A stretch of DNA of 64,000 bases from Ruditapes philippinarum (lineage: Eukaryota): NCBI RefSeq assembly GCF_026571515.1, contig NW_026852214.1:62001-126000 (forward strand), written 5' to 3'. Shown piece after piece: positions 48,608-62,347 of this stretch. The notes under the pieces are model-generated. The model worked only from the letters and a program-made list of their open reading frames with translations. It ran no database searches and was not told where the DNA came from. A program made the translations under genes and the position numbers. Position 1 is the stretch's first letter. Each line of letters begins with the position of its first letter.

Positions 48608-49101
48608 ATTTATAAAATCTAGTATTGTACAGTTGTCAGGAGTGAGAACAGACTGTGTAACATATTGCAAATTTTAATAAAGTTTATATCAGGATTTGTT
48701 CATATATATCATATATCAAATTATCACCAGTCGAAATCTTTAATGAAATAAAGGTGTATAAGAGAAGTATTAAAGGTTATAAATCTATATCTAATGAAAT
48801 TATTTTCTATTTTTTAATTTATAAATGGTAACATGATGGTGTTTTTGATAACCGTATGGTCAAGTCTGGTAAGAATATCCCTGTCATTTCAAAACACCTG
48901 AATACTAGTACACTAAAACAGAATAAAATATTCCTGGACAAAATATTATACCACTTAATTTTTAGGAGGATTTATAATCATTTAATTAGCATTATGACAT
49001 TTATCTATGTGCCATTTGCTTTTGAAGGAAAAATATACAAATTTATTTTACCCATGAAATATGGTGATAATTATCAGTCAAATATATTTCATATTTGTTA
49101 A

Positions 49102-49200
49102 AGCAGCATGCCTCCAGATTCATGCTAATTTTCATGAAAATTTGAAATGTATTTAAGAGTATAATATTGTAAAGTTACCAAAAGAATGCAATTTACACAT
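49102..49200. mobile_element. Partial Kolobok-like MITE end
   Basis: TTAA-AGCAGCATGCCTCCAGATTCATGCTAATTTTCATGAAAATTT, as at 34667. Confidence 0.65.
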
Positions 49201-50337
49201 TATCACTGGCACTAATATACATAAACCTTTTTTTCATAAGCTACATATTACAGACACAATCATGTACAATATAGCTTTATACACTTTAATTGCTGAATAT
49301 TGTATTTAAAATGCCTTGTTTTCACTTGTCATCATATTTTAAATACATGTTCACAATGTGTACATGGAGATTCAATCAGGAATACTGCTCATTACAATTA
49401 CAAGAACAAGAATTACTAATGAATTACTAATTAATCAAATTACTAATTACTTTAATTACTAATTACTTCAAAGACCTAAAAAATGATAGCATTTTATTGC
49501 AATATGAGGCTAGCATTGTTGCAATTAAGCTTTCATTTGAGTGATTGTTATAGAATTCAAAACTGTTCTAAAATATGCATGGATTCAATCAATTTGTTAA
49601 AACAGCATATGAAATTTTAATTTCATTTTAAAACCTGGGGAAAAAACGAAGAAATTCTGACTATTGATTATTTTAACTCTAATTACAAGTTTGTTTAATT
49701 ATACATAAATTGTGAAGGAATTGGTTTCTACAGTTAAACAAGTGTTAAATGTCAGTGAAAGCATTTAAGGATGTGGAAGGAACTAGTTAATAATAAAATC
49801 ACTCAGGATGCCAATTAGAACAATACAAATTTTCATGAAACTATGGCAACCTAAATTAAGTCTTAACCAAAACATAAACTTGAAATTGTGAAATGTATTT
49901 GCCCTGCTTTGAATTTGGAACAGTCCATTTAAAATTTTAGGGGTTTTCTCATCAAAATACAAATATTGAGCTACCAACTGTATAGAGCCTGGTCAGTCTG
50001 CAAGGAAGTGCAGACCGGCCTGGCCCTAATTAATGGTGGCAGTTTGGTTTCAGGTGTTAAGTAAAAGATAAAATTAAGCCTAGATACATTGCCACCTTAG
50101 TGCAGAAACGGATTAACTCCTTTTATAATTCAAAAGAGAGTTATCCCATTACACTAAGGTGAAGATAGATTTATAATTATTGACTGACCAAAAATGAAAG
50201 AAATTGACAGTTTTTAAACTATTATTACATGTATAAGTTTCAATGTCGTTTAACACAGTTTTAAAACACAAAAATTGCATAGGATGGCCTATGTTCCTAT
50301 TCTTCTTTTTTTGCAGTAAAATTACTCTATAACATAT

Positions 50338-50573
50338 TAGCCGCGTCACGCCAAAACCAATGTAATGCGTTTGCTATCAGCATGGATCCAGACCAGCCTG
50401 CGCAGCCACGCAGTCTGATCAGGATCCATGCTGTTAGCTTACAAACCCTATTACAAGTTAGAGAAACTAATAGTGAACAGCATGGATTCTGATCAGACTG
50501 TGCAGATGCGCAGGCTGGTCTGGATCCATGCTGGTCGCAAACACATAACGTTGGTTTTGTCGTGACGCGGCTC
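50338..50573. mobile_element. Foldback MITE, copy 4 of 5
   Basis: Same family arms and loop. Confidence 0.92.
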
Positions 50574-51912
50574 ATTATTATAATGTATGTAAGTAAAGTA
50601 GTATAATTATACTGACCACAGAAATCCTACAATCCAGCTAATCTGGCTGTATTTATAACAAGTTCAGTTTTAAATGAGTGACAGTCTGACAGACTGATTT
50701 ATGAACATGCATAAGATTTCAATGTATAAAAAAATCCCCCTAAATGTCAACAATCCATGTACATTTCACTGGAAGTACCGGTACTTTATAACAGAATTAA
50801 CCCTTAAAGGGTTTACTTTTAAGTTTTGATCCATTAACACATTAAATTTAAGTAATTTATTTCTTTCTAATCTGTAAACAAAATGTAAATACAGAAAAAT
50901 GCTCAAACCCATATAATATCGCCATTTTAGTGTAGTTACTTTTATATAATTTAATAGGAGTTAACATGTTACTGCACTAAGATAACATAATTGTTCATTT
51001 CACTGGCAAAAAAAATCAGAATATTTTTAAATTACAAATACTTGAGCTGCCTTGAATCTAAACTCAAATTGGACAAATCAACAACCACCTTTTTGTTAAG
51101 TCAGAACTGTTCATTACCTAAACGACAAAACATTTTGAAAATAATCTTGAATCCAAACAAGGAAATATTTTACCTAAAAATATTGCACAATATTTACGAG
51201 ATAAAATCCACAAGTATGTCCTTTTCTTAAATATCCATCCCAGTTTAAGGTAAACAAATTAACACTTTGGTATTTTCGCTACATCAAATCCGATTATGAA
51301 AAATCATTTGATAATCAATCAATGGCCGACATGGAAATACACAATTCCGGCATTAAATATCAGTAATATTCAATTAACGTCCAATAAACATCAATACGGC
51401 TATTCCGAAAATCCACATGTTACCTATTCAAATTGAAACATTAAACTTTACCAATGTTATGGGGCTTACATTCCACGAATAGTTCAAAACGCAGTAGCCG
51501 ATTTTAGACGACTATTTCAGTATTATCGTACAATAAACATCGAGCTAGCTAGTAGATACAAACAATCGCGTAAACAGATAACCGATGACAGATATCCCAG
51601 TCAGGACGCTGTTTTATTATGTAACAAGACTATATTTGTACTGATCAATAAATTGCAAGCAACTATAGACAATTCATGAATCAATGTTAAAAGGGTTTCG
51701 ATTTCAACGTCTCTAACGATATAAGAGCCATTGTCTAACTACTCATCTTCCTAAAGTTATCCATTTAAAAATTGCTGATTCTCTTACTTATTTACTTAAT
51801 AATAATCCAAAGTTTGAAACCTTGTTTTAATGAATAGATTGATATTTTTCAACATTGATAGACAGAAAAAGTCATTGAATAGTCCTATGTGACAGGACAA
51901 ATTTTTAACTGA

Positions 51913-52181
51913 ATAAGATGGAAATAAGTAAAATTAGATGGACATAAGATAAATTAGATGGAATTAAGTAAAATTAGTACTAGTCAAATTAGATGAAAAG
52001 TCAAACTAGATGAAATTATTTAAGTCAAATTACGTAAGATGGAAATAAGTCAAATAACATGGAAATTATTAAAGTAAACTTCGATGGAAATAAGTCAAAT
52101 AAGATGGAAATAAGTCAAATTAGATGAAAATAAGCCAAATTAGATGGAAATTATTGAAGTCAAATTAGATGGAAATAAGTC
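51913..52181 (+). repeat. ~20-bp minisatellite (AAATTAGATGGAAATAAGTC)n
   Basis: About a dozen degenerate tandem copies. Confidence 0.88.
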
Positions 52182-52478
52182 TGGGTATGAGACCTGATAT
52201 TAAGAATAAGTCATATCAGATGGAAAGAAATAATAATCAATTTATCTAATTTGATTTTATTATAGCATTACTTAAATAACATTATACTAATAGACACATT
52301 AGGTCCTTATGTAAATTAACATTTTATATCTTATCTCAAATATGTACAACAATGATCTGATCTACAACATATTTACATTATCTAATCTTAAACATAATCA
52401 TAAAATACTATCTAAAAGATCTTTTTAATTGTTATTGCATACTGTACTTTATCTCCGTACATCACATGAATTCATTAT

Positions 52479-52713
52479 GAGCCGCGTCACAACAAAACCA
52501 ACATAATAGGTTTGCGACCAGCATGGATCAAGACCAGTCTGCGCATCCCCGCAGTCTGATCAGGATCCATGCTGTTCACTATCTGTTTCTCTACTTGTAA
52601 TAGGGTTTTTAAGCGAACAGCATGGATCCTGATCAGACTGCGCGGATGCGCAGGCTGGTCTGGATCCATGCTGGTCGCAAACCCATTATGTTGGTTTTGT
52701 CGTGACGCTGCTC
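52479..52713. mobile_element. Foldback MITE, copy 5 of 5
   Basis: Same family arms and loop. Confidence 0.92.
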
Positions 52714-52864
52714 AAATGATGAATATAGATGTTCAATATAAAAATATGTTTATTCAAGTTCTTTGGTCGAGATAATTTGCAATAAAATTATAAAACATTC
52801 ATTTAGAAGTCAATGTTACGTATGTATTTTGCATTATTAACAATAAATACAGCAACTATTTTAA

Positions 52865-53227
52865 AGCTGCATGCCTCCAGATGAGCCAAAAAATATTTCT
52901 AGAAAATCAAACTTGAGAAAAATATACTAAGACTTTAAGAAAAGTAAAATGATTCAAAAGATTCAAGTGATAATTTAAATGTTATGTGCAATTCATGACT
53001 AATTTTACAGTTTTTATCACCTCGATATATTTAATGCATCAGACTAACACAGTAAGAAATATTTTTGCATATTTTGATCTTTTATTTGGTAATTTAGGTG
53101 GATTGCAAGTACATGTACCATTTTGCATTGTGTAAATTACTTTCTTTGTTCACATCACAATATTTTACTTAAAATGCATGATTCCAAATTTTCATGAAAA
53201 TTAGCATGAATCTGGAAGCATGCCCCT
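52865..53227. mobile_element. TTAA-flanked Kolobok-like MITE
   Basis: TTAA-AGCTGCATGCCTCCAGAT...ATCTGGAAGCATGCCCCT-TTAA. Confidence 0.78.
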
Positions 53228-54403
53228 TTAACGAGACTTATAACAGATTATTAATGTAGAGGCACTGCTGCTAAATTTCATAAATTGACTTGTCTAACTG
53301 ACCATTATCATTTTTTGGAAATATCTAGAAGATGAAAATTTTATGGTGGTGTCAGCCAACAGTATCAAGCCTGGTCAGACTGCATGGATGTTCAGGCTGG
53401 CCTGATGGTATATGGATTGCTAGGACTACCACTATATACCGATGGCAAAGACTTACCACATTTAAGTTTTCCTGCAGGGCATGGGTTAAAGACTTGCAGC
53501 CTTTTTAACTCCCTTGTAAAATCCTAAATCACCCCTACAGATTTTTAAGTGCCAAACAAATTTAAAAAAAAAAAAAAACGGGGAAAAAAAAATTAATGTA
53601 CATGTAGATCTACATGGAGGCCATTTAAATTTGTAATTTTGCAAATAATAACCGATCACCTTAACATGACCTTTTTTTCTTATCGAAAAATGTGTTCTTG
53701 ATGTACAGAATAAATTACGGAATAAATTACGAATCGAGATAAAGATCATGCAAGATACGAATAAAATTAGGTCAATTTCAACGAAAAAAAAGCAACGTTC
53801 CATATGTATGAATGTTTTACAGGTTTTTACATATGACTCATTCCCATCTCATTATACCTTTATATCATGTTGTGTGTAAATTTGTTTCGAAAGATTTAAA
53901 ACGCTTGTTATAGCATTATATTAGCTATATTTAGAGGTCATATGCCTTAAATGTACAAGTTTAACATTTCATCGCCTAAGAGTAAAACAACCGATATAAG
54001 TGTTATTTATAATAAAGATAACAATAAATTTATGGTCGTTTAGTGCTGACATGATATTTCTTCACTCTTCCTATTTTAACTTTTATTTGTTTTCTTTAAT
54101 TTCCTTGTCAACTCTGCCCTCTTTTAGTCTGGGGTCCTCCTGGGCTCCTCAATACTACTGGTTATAGTGGCTGGGTCGTGTGGGGGTTGCGTTCATTGAA
54201 CGCCACCTTTCCTTGTTGATCTTATTTATCATATATTTTGCAAAATGGACTTGCCCATCAGTGACAAATTTGGAAAAGACCACTGAGAATGTGAAGGGTT
54301 TTAACATGTCAAAATTAAATATTAGTTTAAAGTTTATATGACTTTATTTTAGGTCAATTATGTTAGAAGCTATAAGATTATTGAAACACTCTAGAATTAA
54401 TTA

Positions 54404-54550
54404 TTCCTGGAACTAACCAGTACTAAGCAATGAATGTAGTTTCTTGCTCAAGGAAACAACAGTTTGCCCCAGCCAGGTTTGAACCCACGCGGTCAGCATT
54501 TCTTAGATTTAACTAGTCTGATGTGTTAACAGCACAGCATTGCCGTCACT
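54404..54550 (-). mobile_element. tRNA-derived SINE with Meta/MESC-like central domain (tentative family)
   Basis: Minus strand: ...GACTAGTTAAATCTAAGAAATGCTGACCGCGTGGGTTCAAACC...TTTCCTTGAGCAAGAAACTACATTCATTGCTTAGTACTGGTTAGTTCCAGGAA. The 3' part recurs twice in tandem at ~61528-61625. Confidence 0.68.
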
Positions 54551-57500
54551 CTAAAGTATTCAATTGTATATGTACAATGTATATGAAATGGATATATGAA
54601 GTAAAATGTCAAAAGTGTAATACATCTTTAAAAGTGAAAAATCCCCAACAATATCTAACCACATAATTTTGTTATTGTTTCTTTAGTTCTATCAATTTCT
54701 TTATTTTTCATTTTTCAGGAGACATCAGAGTCTATTCTGAAAGCTTAAAAGTCCACCACACCTTATATTATATAGCTTGAAGACAGGAATTAGGACATCA
54801 TATTTTCTAAGCCATCACTCAGCCATCACATCTGGGATATAGGAAAAATTAGTGTCATTACACACATCTCTTGAACATGAAAAAGGGTTAAAATTTGCCT
54901 TGTTTAGAATATAGTGACTTTATAAAATAACAAAAAGCTTTAACTTTGACAGATTACATAAAATTAAAAGCTTCAATTATTTCTATGGAATGGCAAAAAT
55001 CTTGCATTTCATCTACATTATAACCTATTCCACTTCCTTTAATTTTATCGGTATTTATTTGAAATTTAAACCTCGAGAAATATTTTAAATATGGCCTAAG
55101 TCAACCCCCACTGCTCTTGACCCCATTCAAATTACACATTTATCCCTTTTTATTCAGCTTTTATCCCCTTTATCCGAACAACAAAACCTGTAATAATCCC
55201 GTTTTTTACACACCTTTCTTTCAAACCGCCAGGCAACACTTACTTTTTTAGTTGCTAATAGAATAAAAACTCTTACGTTAAACAATTCAGGGCAAGTATT
55301 CTTTGATGTTAAAACTCTTTTGTCGTTTACAATGCACTCGGCAGTTTGGACAATTTCGTACTTCCAATGGAAGTCTACTTAAAGTAATGAAAGTGTCATT
55401 TATTCACCCCCCTCTGAACCATGGGTCTTTTAAATACAAGATACTTGTCCTACATCGCAAAAATCTTTAAAATATTTAAATCAAGAAGATTCTGAATCAT
55501 TAAGGAATTTGTCGCATTCACCTCCTTTTAAGTAAATGACAATTACATCTTCCACATGATTTGAAAAGTTCAAATGTATTTGTCTATACAAGTACTTTCT
55601 AAGAGAGCATGAAACATAGTTGTGTAGCGCCGTTACTGATCTTTACGGTTTTTAAAGATTAAAAACTTTCACAATGAAGTTTTATTTTTCTCTCAATGAC
55701 ATGATATTCCTGTCATTTGTAACCCTTACCACACTAAATGTCTTAAATGGACTTGTCCATCTTTCAGTCTGGACAAAACCATTTATAATTTAAAGGGAAA
55801 ATTTCAAAACATTTACGGACTGAATAGTGAACAGTGCAGACAGACCATGATCACATGGCACAGAATGATTTCCCGGTTGATTTTGGTCTGCACTGGCTAT
55901 ATATGGAAAGGATATAATGCTGCTTAGCAGACTAACAGTAAGTGCTAGAGGTCTTGTCTAAATAGCACAGAGTCTATGTAACTTTCAAATTTACATATTT
56001 TCTAGTAAAAAAAGTACCTGTACCGGGTAAGTGACAAAAAACCTGTTTATTGTACTTCAAATCATATAATTCCTTAATTGACATATTTCCCAAAGTATTT
56101 TTCATTTAAAAAGCTTTTTTTTTCTTCTTTAAATCACTCCAATGAGGAAGAAAAACTCAAAAACATAAAATTTGGGAACTTAAAACAGAAAGATATGCAA
56201 AACATCATTAAGAAATATACTAGTCAGAAAGTAAATTGAAAATTATATTCTGTGACATTTTGCAATGCTTTTTACTTTCCAGTCATTTTTCACAATTAGA
56301 ATAATTATTCTGGAAATATGGAGTGTCAGCGATTGATCTGAAATTTTGCAAACAAGTTATTGGTCTATCCTTAAATCAAATGGAACATTAATCTCGAAAA
56401 ATTATTTCCACCCTAATATGTCTAAAACGTCAGTTGAATCTCTTCAAAATTCACATCATGATAATGATATGCCAGCTAAAGCAATAAGCTATTATGTCAT
56501 ATTGAATATTTAGTAACAATCATTTTTTTATAATCTGTACGAGATTGTTATTAAAACTAAAGGCTACCTTTTTCTGTTTTTTTACAAGAAAACATCCTAT
56601 GAAACATTGCACCATCAAGTAATCCTTTTCCTTTAAGCATTATAACAAAACTATAAGCAGAATAATAAAAAGCACACGTTTAAATCTCCCTATATACTTA
56701 AAATCCAAAGGCTAACATTTTATATATTGTAAAAATAATCATGAACTATGGTAGAATGTAATTTTTTCACCTTATATCCATAAAATAAAATTCCTTCTAC
56801 TTATTTTGTTTAATCACATCAATCCATAATGAAAATTACTTCAAAAACACTACTACACCATTCTTTACTTATATATAAAAAAAGACAAAATTAAACAAAA
56901 AAAGACGAAAGAAAAAATTTCATTATAGTATTATATTGCCATATGGCACAATTTCGCACCCATAATTTTTAGTTTTGCTCCAAAGGTAGGCTTGACAGAT
57001 TAATCCCTAGATAATCCTTTTAAATTTGGCATTCCAACCTGGATTAATCTTAATATCTACAAATACATATATACAATACATTTTATACTGCTTAACAAAA
57101 ACTAGGCTGCTTCGAAGATATCCAAATATCCGCTTTATTTTCCCCCGATAAACTTTATAGACAGATTACGAGGTTTTATATATTTTTACATCTGTTTTCT
57201 TTTTTGCTATTTGACGGATTGTTAAAAAATTTGGAATTTGTTTTTTTTCTTTTCAGACATTTAAAATGTAACAACTAAAAACACACAAAATTTTGTTAGA
57301 TACTGAAAAACTGTAGTATTGCGTAAAACAATGGATATTTCATACAATTCAAGAGCAAGAAATGTGCATACAATTCAAGAGCAAGAAGAAATGTGCATTA
57401 TTTCAGGCAGAAACGGGCACCTGAGTAGAACCAGCTAGTCAAATTATTTACATATAAAAATATAATAAATTTTCAACTTCCTTTCTTTCTGAATGAATGC

Positions 57501-57592
57501 AATTATAAATGTTTAAAAATGTAGAAACAATATGAATGAATAAACAACAAAATGTCCGTTAATCAGCTGACATCAGTACCCATCAATACAAA

Positions 57593-59370
57593 ACTAGAAC
57601 TGCCACTATCTTGGCGTGAATACCCCCGCATACCACTTTGTCAGAATCAACAGTGGCCATTTAGAGCGCAAGGACAACCTCCCTGCCAAATCTGAGGTTA
57701 CTAGCCAGTGCATTGCTAAGTTATGTATTCTACATGCTTCAAATGTGAAAATGTCAAAATCAATACATTGCAGACAGGACATTCTTTAGCAATTGAGAAG
57801 AAAAGCTTTTTTTTTTGTCAAGGTCCCTGTGACCTTGAACTTTGACCCAGTGACCTCAAAATCAATAGGGGTCACCTTATAGTCATGATCAACATCCATG
57901 CCAAATTTGAAGACTGTGGGTCAAAGGAATCTTAAGTTAATGGGTGGACAAACTTTTTGAAGTCAAAGTCCCTATGACCTTGACCTTTGATCCAGTGACC
58001 TCAAAATCAAAAGGGGTCATCTACTAATCATGACTAACCTCCATTCCAAATATGAAGACTGTGGGTCATAGGAATCTTAAGTTATTGGGCGGACAAGCTT
58101 TTTGAAGTCAAGGCCCCTGTGACCTTGACCTTTGACCTGGTGACCACAAAATCAATAGGGGTCATCTACTAATCATGACTAACCTCCATTCCAAATATGA
58201 AGACTGTGGGTCATAGGAATCTTAAGTTATAGGGCGGACAAGCTTTTTGAAGTCAAGACCCCTGTGACCTTGACCTTTGACCTGGTGACCTCAAAGTCAA
58301 TAGGGGTCATCTACTAATCACGACTAACCTCCATGCCTAATATGACGACTGTGGGTCAAAGGAATCTTAAGTTATTGGGCGGACAAACTTTTTGAAGTCA
58401 AGGCCCCTGTGACCTTGACCTTTGACCTGGTGACCTCAAAATCAATAGGGGTCATCTACTAATCATGACTAACCTCCATGCCAAATATGACGACTGTGGG
58501 TCAAAGGAATCTTAAGTTATTGGGCGGACAAGCTTTTTGAAGTCAAGACCCCTGTGACCTTGACCTTTGACCTGGTGACCTCAAAGTCAATAGGGGTCAT
58601 CTACTAATCATGACTAACCTCCATGCCAAATATGACGACTGTGGGTCAAAGGAATCTTAAGTTATTGGGCGGACAAGCTTTTTGAAGTCAAGGCCCCTGT
58701 GACCTTGACCTTTGACCTGGTGACCTCAAAATCAATAGGGGTCATCTACTAATCATGACTAACCTCCATGCCAAATATGACGACTGTGGGTCAAAGGAAT
58801 CTTAAGTTATTGGGCGGACAAGCTTTTTGAAGTCAAGGCCCCTGTGACCTTGACCTTTGACCTGGTGACCTCAAAATCAATAGGGGTCATCTACTAATCA
58901 TGACTAACCTCCATGCCAAATATGACGACTGTGGGTCAAAGGAATCTTAAGTTATTGGGCGGACAAGCTTTTTGAAGTCAAGGCCCCTGTGACCTTGACC
59001 TTTGACCTGGTGACCTCAAAATCAATAGGGGTCATCTACTAATCATGACTAACCTCCATGCCAAATATGACGACTGTAGGTCAAAGGAATCTTAAGTTAT
59101 TGGGCGGACAAGCTTTTTGAAGTCAAGGCCCCTGTGACCTTGACCTTTGACCTAGTGACCTCAAAATCAATAGGGGTCATCTACTAATCATGACTAACCT
59201 CCATGCCAAATATGAAGACTAAGGGTCAAAGGAATCTTAAGTTATTGGGCGGACAAGAAAAAACCGACGGACGGCCGGACGGCCGGACGGACGGACAGCC
59301 GGACGGACGGACGGACGGACAAGCTGATTCCAGTATACCCCCCTTACAACTTTGTTGTGCGGGGGTATAA
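57593..59370 (+). mobile_element. Complete HINE (Helentron-associated element) carrying 10 copies of a 145-bp satellite
   Basis: 5' ACTAG start in an A-run; inverted repeat TACCCCCGCA (57621-30) / TGCGGGGGTA (59358-67); exact 145-bp period (GTTA(T) at 57936, 58081 ... 59241); (GGAC)n microsatellite; 3' hairpin TATACCCCC...GGGGGTATA. Confidence 0.9.
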
Positions 59371-60029
59371 TTACAAAATTTAAAAAAAAGCAATTTTTGG
59401 ATAAAAAAAGGAAAGCTGAAAAAGAGACCAAAAAAATCAGCACACTGTACAAAAAAGTCATATTCTATCCAAATTCAATATGCCTATTTACTTTTATAAT
59501 ACATATTTACATTATATCTACTTTCGACATATGTTGACACTCGGCATTTGACAAGACCCCTTCAATATTCCGATCAGTGTATTAATCCAATCGAAAAAAG
59601 GTTTTATCCAAACCATAAACACTTTAATGAATATAGACAAAATTTTATCGATAAATTATTAAGAACATCAAAAAATAAGATACAAAATTTCAAAGGTTTA
59701 AACTGTTGTATATTCAAAATTGGCAAATTACAATCAGTTGTATGGTAAATGACCTTTGAAGGATTTAAAGTTTATATATATATATAAGGCATTTGATTCA
59801 TACACTAATATTGAAATTTGAAAATAATTTTAAATTAATAATGTATTTTCAAAAGTACATAGTTACATGTAATTCAGTTGAATATTTATAGGTTAAATTT
59901 TTCAGAATTTTACGTGTCTAGGGTTTTTTTTTGGAAGGGGTGCAGTTTATATATTGATTGTAAAAATTCATGATGAAATATTGAACTGTATCACTGAATC
60001 TTTTAATACTGAACCCTCCTAGCATAGGT

Positions 60030-60500
60030 AACTTAAACTCAGCATATAATAAATATTTCACTCAGTTTAAAAAAAACTTTTACTAGGCTTAGATAATCTT
60101 TAACTCAACTTGAGGGACCCTCAACACAGTTTAGAGAAGCTTTAGCTAAGATAAGAAAACCTTTCACTTTACTAAAAGAATCTTTAACTAAGACAAGAGA
60201 ACCTTTCACTCAGCTAGAAGAACCTTTAACATTCTTTAATTTTGCACAGGGAACCTTTAATTCAGCATAGAGAACCTTTAATTCAACATAAAGCACCTAT
60301 AACTCAGCATATAGAACCATTAATTCAACTTAAAAAAACATAAATTCAGCATAAAGAACATTTACCTGATCAACAAAAGGAACCTTTAATTCAATATAGA
60401 AAAACATAGAAACAGCAAAGGAAACCTTTAACTCAGCACAGTGAACCTCAACCTTAGCATAATAAAGAACCTTTTATTCAGCAAAGAAAACCTTTAACAA
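60030..60500 (+). repeat. Degenerate ~20-bp minisatellite (AGAACCTTTAACTCAGCATA)n
   Basis: Recurrent ACCTTTAA(C/T)TCA(G/A)C units. Confidence 0.75.
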
Positions 60501-61274
60501 GCAAACATAAACCTTTGTGTCTTTTGTCAAATGTTGAAGTGTTTTAATTCAAAATTAACAAAATCATAAAAAAAAAATATTATGATGACAACAAAATTTT
60601 AAACTATCAAACTGTGATGTACATTATTCATAACAGCACCTTATAGTGTCAGCATAGAATGTTGAATATATTGTTCATATACTCATAAGCAAAAGTAAGT
60701 TTCATGGAAAATTTGATTAAAAAAATATGTATAATATTATACTGAACACTGTCCTCGGAACTTATCATATGATCAAATTCAAAACCTTCCATCTTAAAGG
60801 ATGAATTTTGAAAATCTTTTGTAATATTAAGCTATAATACTCTTTCTTCATAATTAAAAATTGATATTCAATTTTTTTATTAAAAAATATATTTTATTAT
60901 CCTTGAAGCATTTTTAAAAAAAAAAAGCACAAGTATCCATGATTGCTTTCCAACACTTAATCAGGAAGTTTGCTTAAAAGTTTATTTACAGTATAAATAA
61001 ATAAATCATGAACTTTAATGAAAAAGTAATCAATATGTAAATTTTCGTAACATTAATATTTTGATATTGCGAAACACTTTGTAACAAGAGCAAAATTGTT
61101 GAAAACAAGCGACCAATAAAATAGTCAATACCAAAAACAACAAATCCAAAAAAACAATATAGTGACTATTTTTTAACTACTCGTCAATTACACTACTTCT
61201 ATAAATATTGTAAAACAATTTTATGTGATATAAAAACCCAACTTTTTCAAGAAGCAATAAGAAAAGCTTTAATC

Positions 61275-61373
61275 AAATCACATCATAGTTATATATTCTA
61301 AATCACATCATAGTTATATATTCTAAATCACATCATAGCTATTATTCTAAATCACATCATAGTTATATATTCT
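61275..61373 (+). repeat. 25-bp tandem repeat x4 (AAATCACATCATAGTTATATATTCT)
   Basis: Near-identical copies; the third has a small deletion. Confidence 0.9.
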
Positions 61374-61674
61374 GTATTAGTATTATGGTAACATTTAAGG
61401 ATTCAAAACAATGAATGGTTGATGATTTAACAGAATCAATGTACGTGTAAGTTTGTCATTGTAACAGAATGAATATCAATATATCAAAGGACTGTTTGAA
61501 CAGTATTAAGAACCAACATATGACACCAGTGCTGGTTAGTTCCAGGAAGTGGTCTTGAAAGTCATTTTAAATAAGTTTTTACTGGTTAGTTCCAGAAAGT
61601 GGACTTGAAAATAATTTTAAATAAGTTGCTATAACTAAAGTTTCAAAATCTAGCTTATAAATAAATATGTTTAT

Positions 61675-62007
61675 GGCCTTAAATAAAATTTGTTTCCCCC
61701 TTCCCTACCATCCCAACTTTGCCCCTTAAGCAAAAGATTTATTCAGGTTCTTAGGGATGAAAGAATTGTACAGTATGGTACATTTTATTAATAAATTGTT
61801 GCATAATATTATGTCAGTTGTGAATATTGTAATGCATGTACATATATATACTAGTGCACTTAATAAATTAATTTTAATAGTTTATTATACATATAATTAT
61901 GCAGATTATTTATTATTATGCAAATATAAAAAAAAAAATGTCCTACCTACCAAATCCTAATTTTAATGGGTAGGGAAGGGGAAACAAACATAATTTTATT
62001 TTTGGCC
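61675..62007. mobile_element. MITE with GGCC termini (PIF/Harbinger-like, tentative)
   Basis: GGCCTTAAATAAAATTTGTTTCCCCCTTCCCTACC / GGTAGGGAAGGGGAAACAAACATAATTTTATTTTTGGCC, with TTA/TAA-like flanks. Confidence 0.6.
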
Positions 62008-62010
62008 TAA

Positions 62011-62347
62011 AGGGACTACTGTAAATATTTTTCCAAGATTTTTGTACCATTTGATGTAGGTCTGAACAAATTATTTGTGTACAAATTTTCAGATCATTCC
62101 CTCTCCCTTTTTTTCCAGAATAATCATTTTTTTGTACAAAAATAATAATGACCGAAAATGAAAAGAGTTGTAACCCTTTTCAGTCATATTGGGATTAGAA
62201 TTGCAATAACAAACAATTTTCAATTTAATTCTTAGTATATTTCTTTATTATCCATGCAGATTTTTCCATTTTAAGAGGTTGACTTGGATCTATGTACAAA
62301 ATTAAAATTTTTTGTTTTTAGGTTTTTTGACCTGGGTGAAGCTCCCT
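62011..62347. mobile_element. Kolobok-like MITE (family of 38050-38375)
   Basis: CTAA-AGGGACTAC...GAAGCTCCCT-TTAA; shared interior GTAGGTCT...TTGTGTACA.ATTTTCAGATCATTCCC. Confidence 0.68.

Noticed and set aside
31112-52775. Family of small MDPDQPAHPRSLIRIHAVR proteins
   Set aside because: These ORFs are by-products of the palindromic MITE, appear on both strands, and have inconsistent starts and stops.
53486-53950. TTAA-flanked MITE or 105-aa gene
   Set aside because: The putative termini do not form convincing TIRs, and the ORF is low-complexity, Phe-rich AT noise.
57812-59257. CRISPR-like regular array
   Set aside because: Whole 145-bp units repeat with no unique spacers, there are no cas genes, and the context is eukaryotic. 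It is a satellite inside a HINE.
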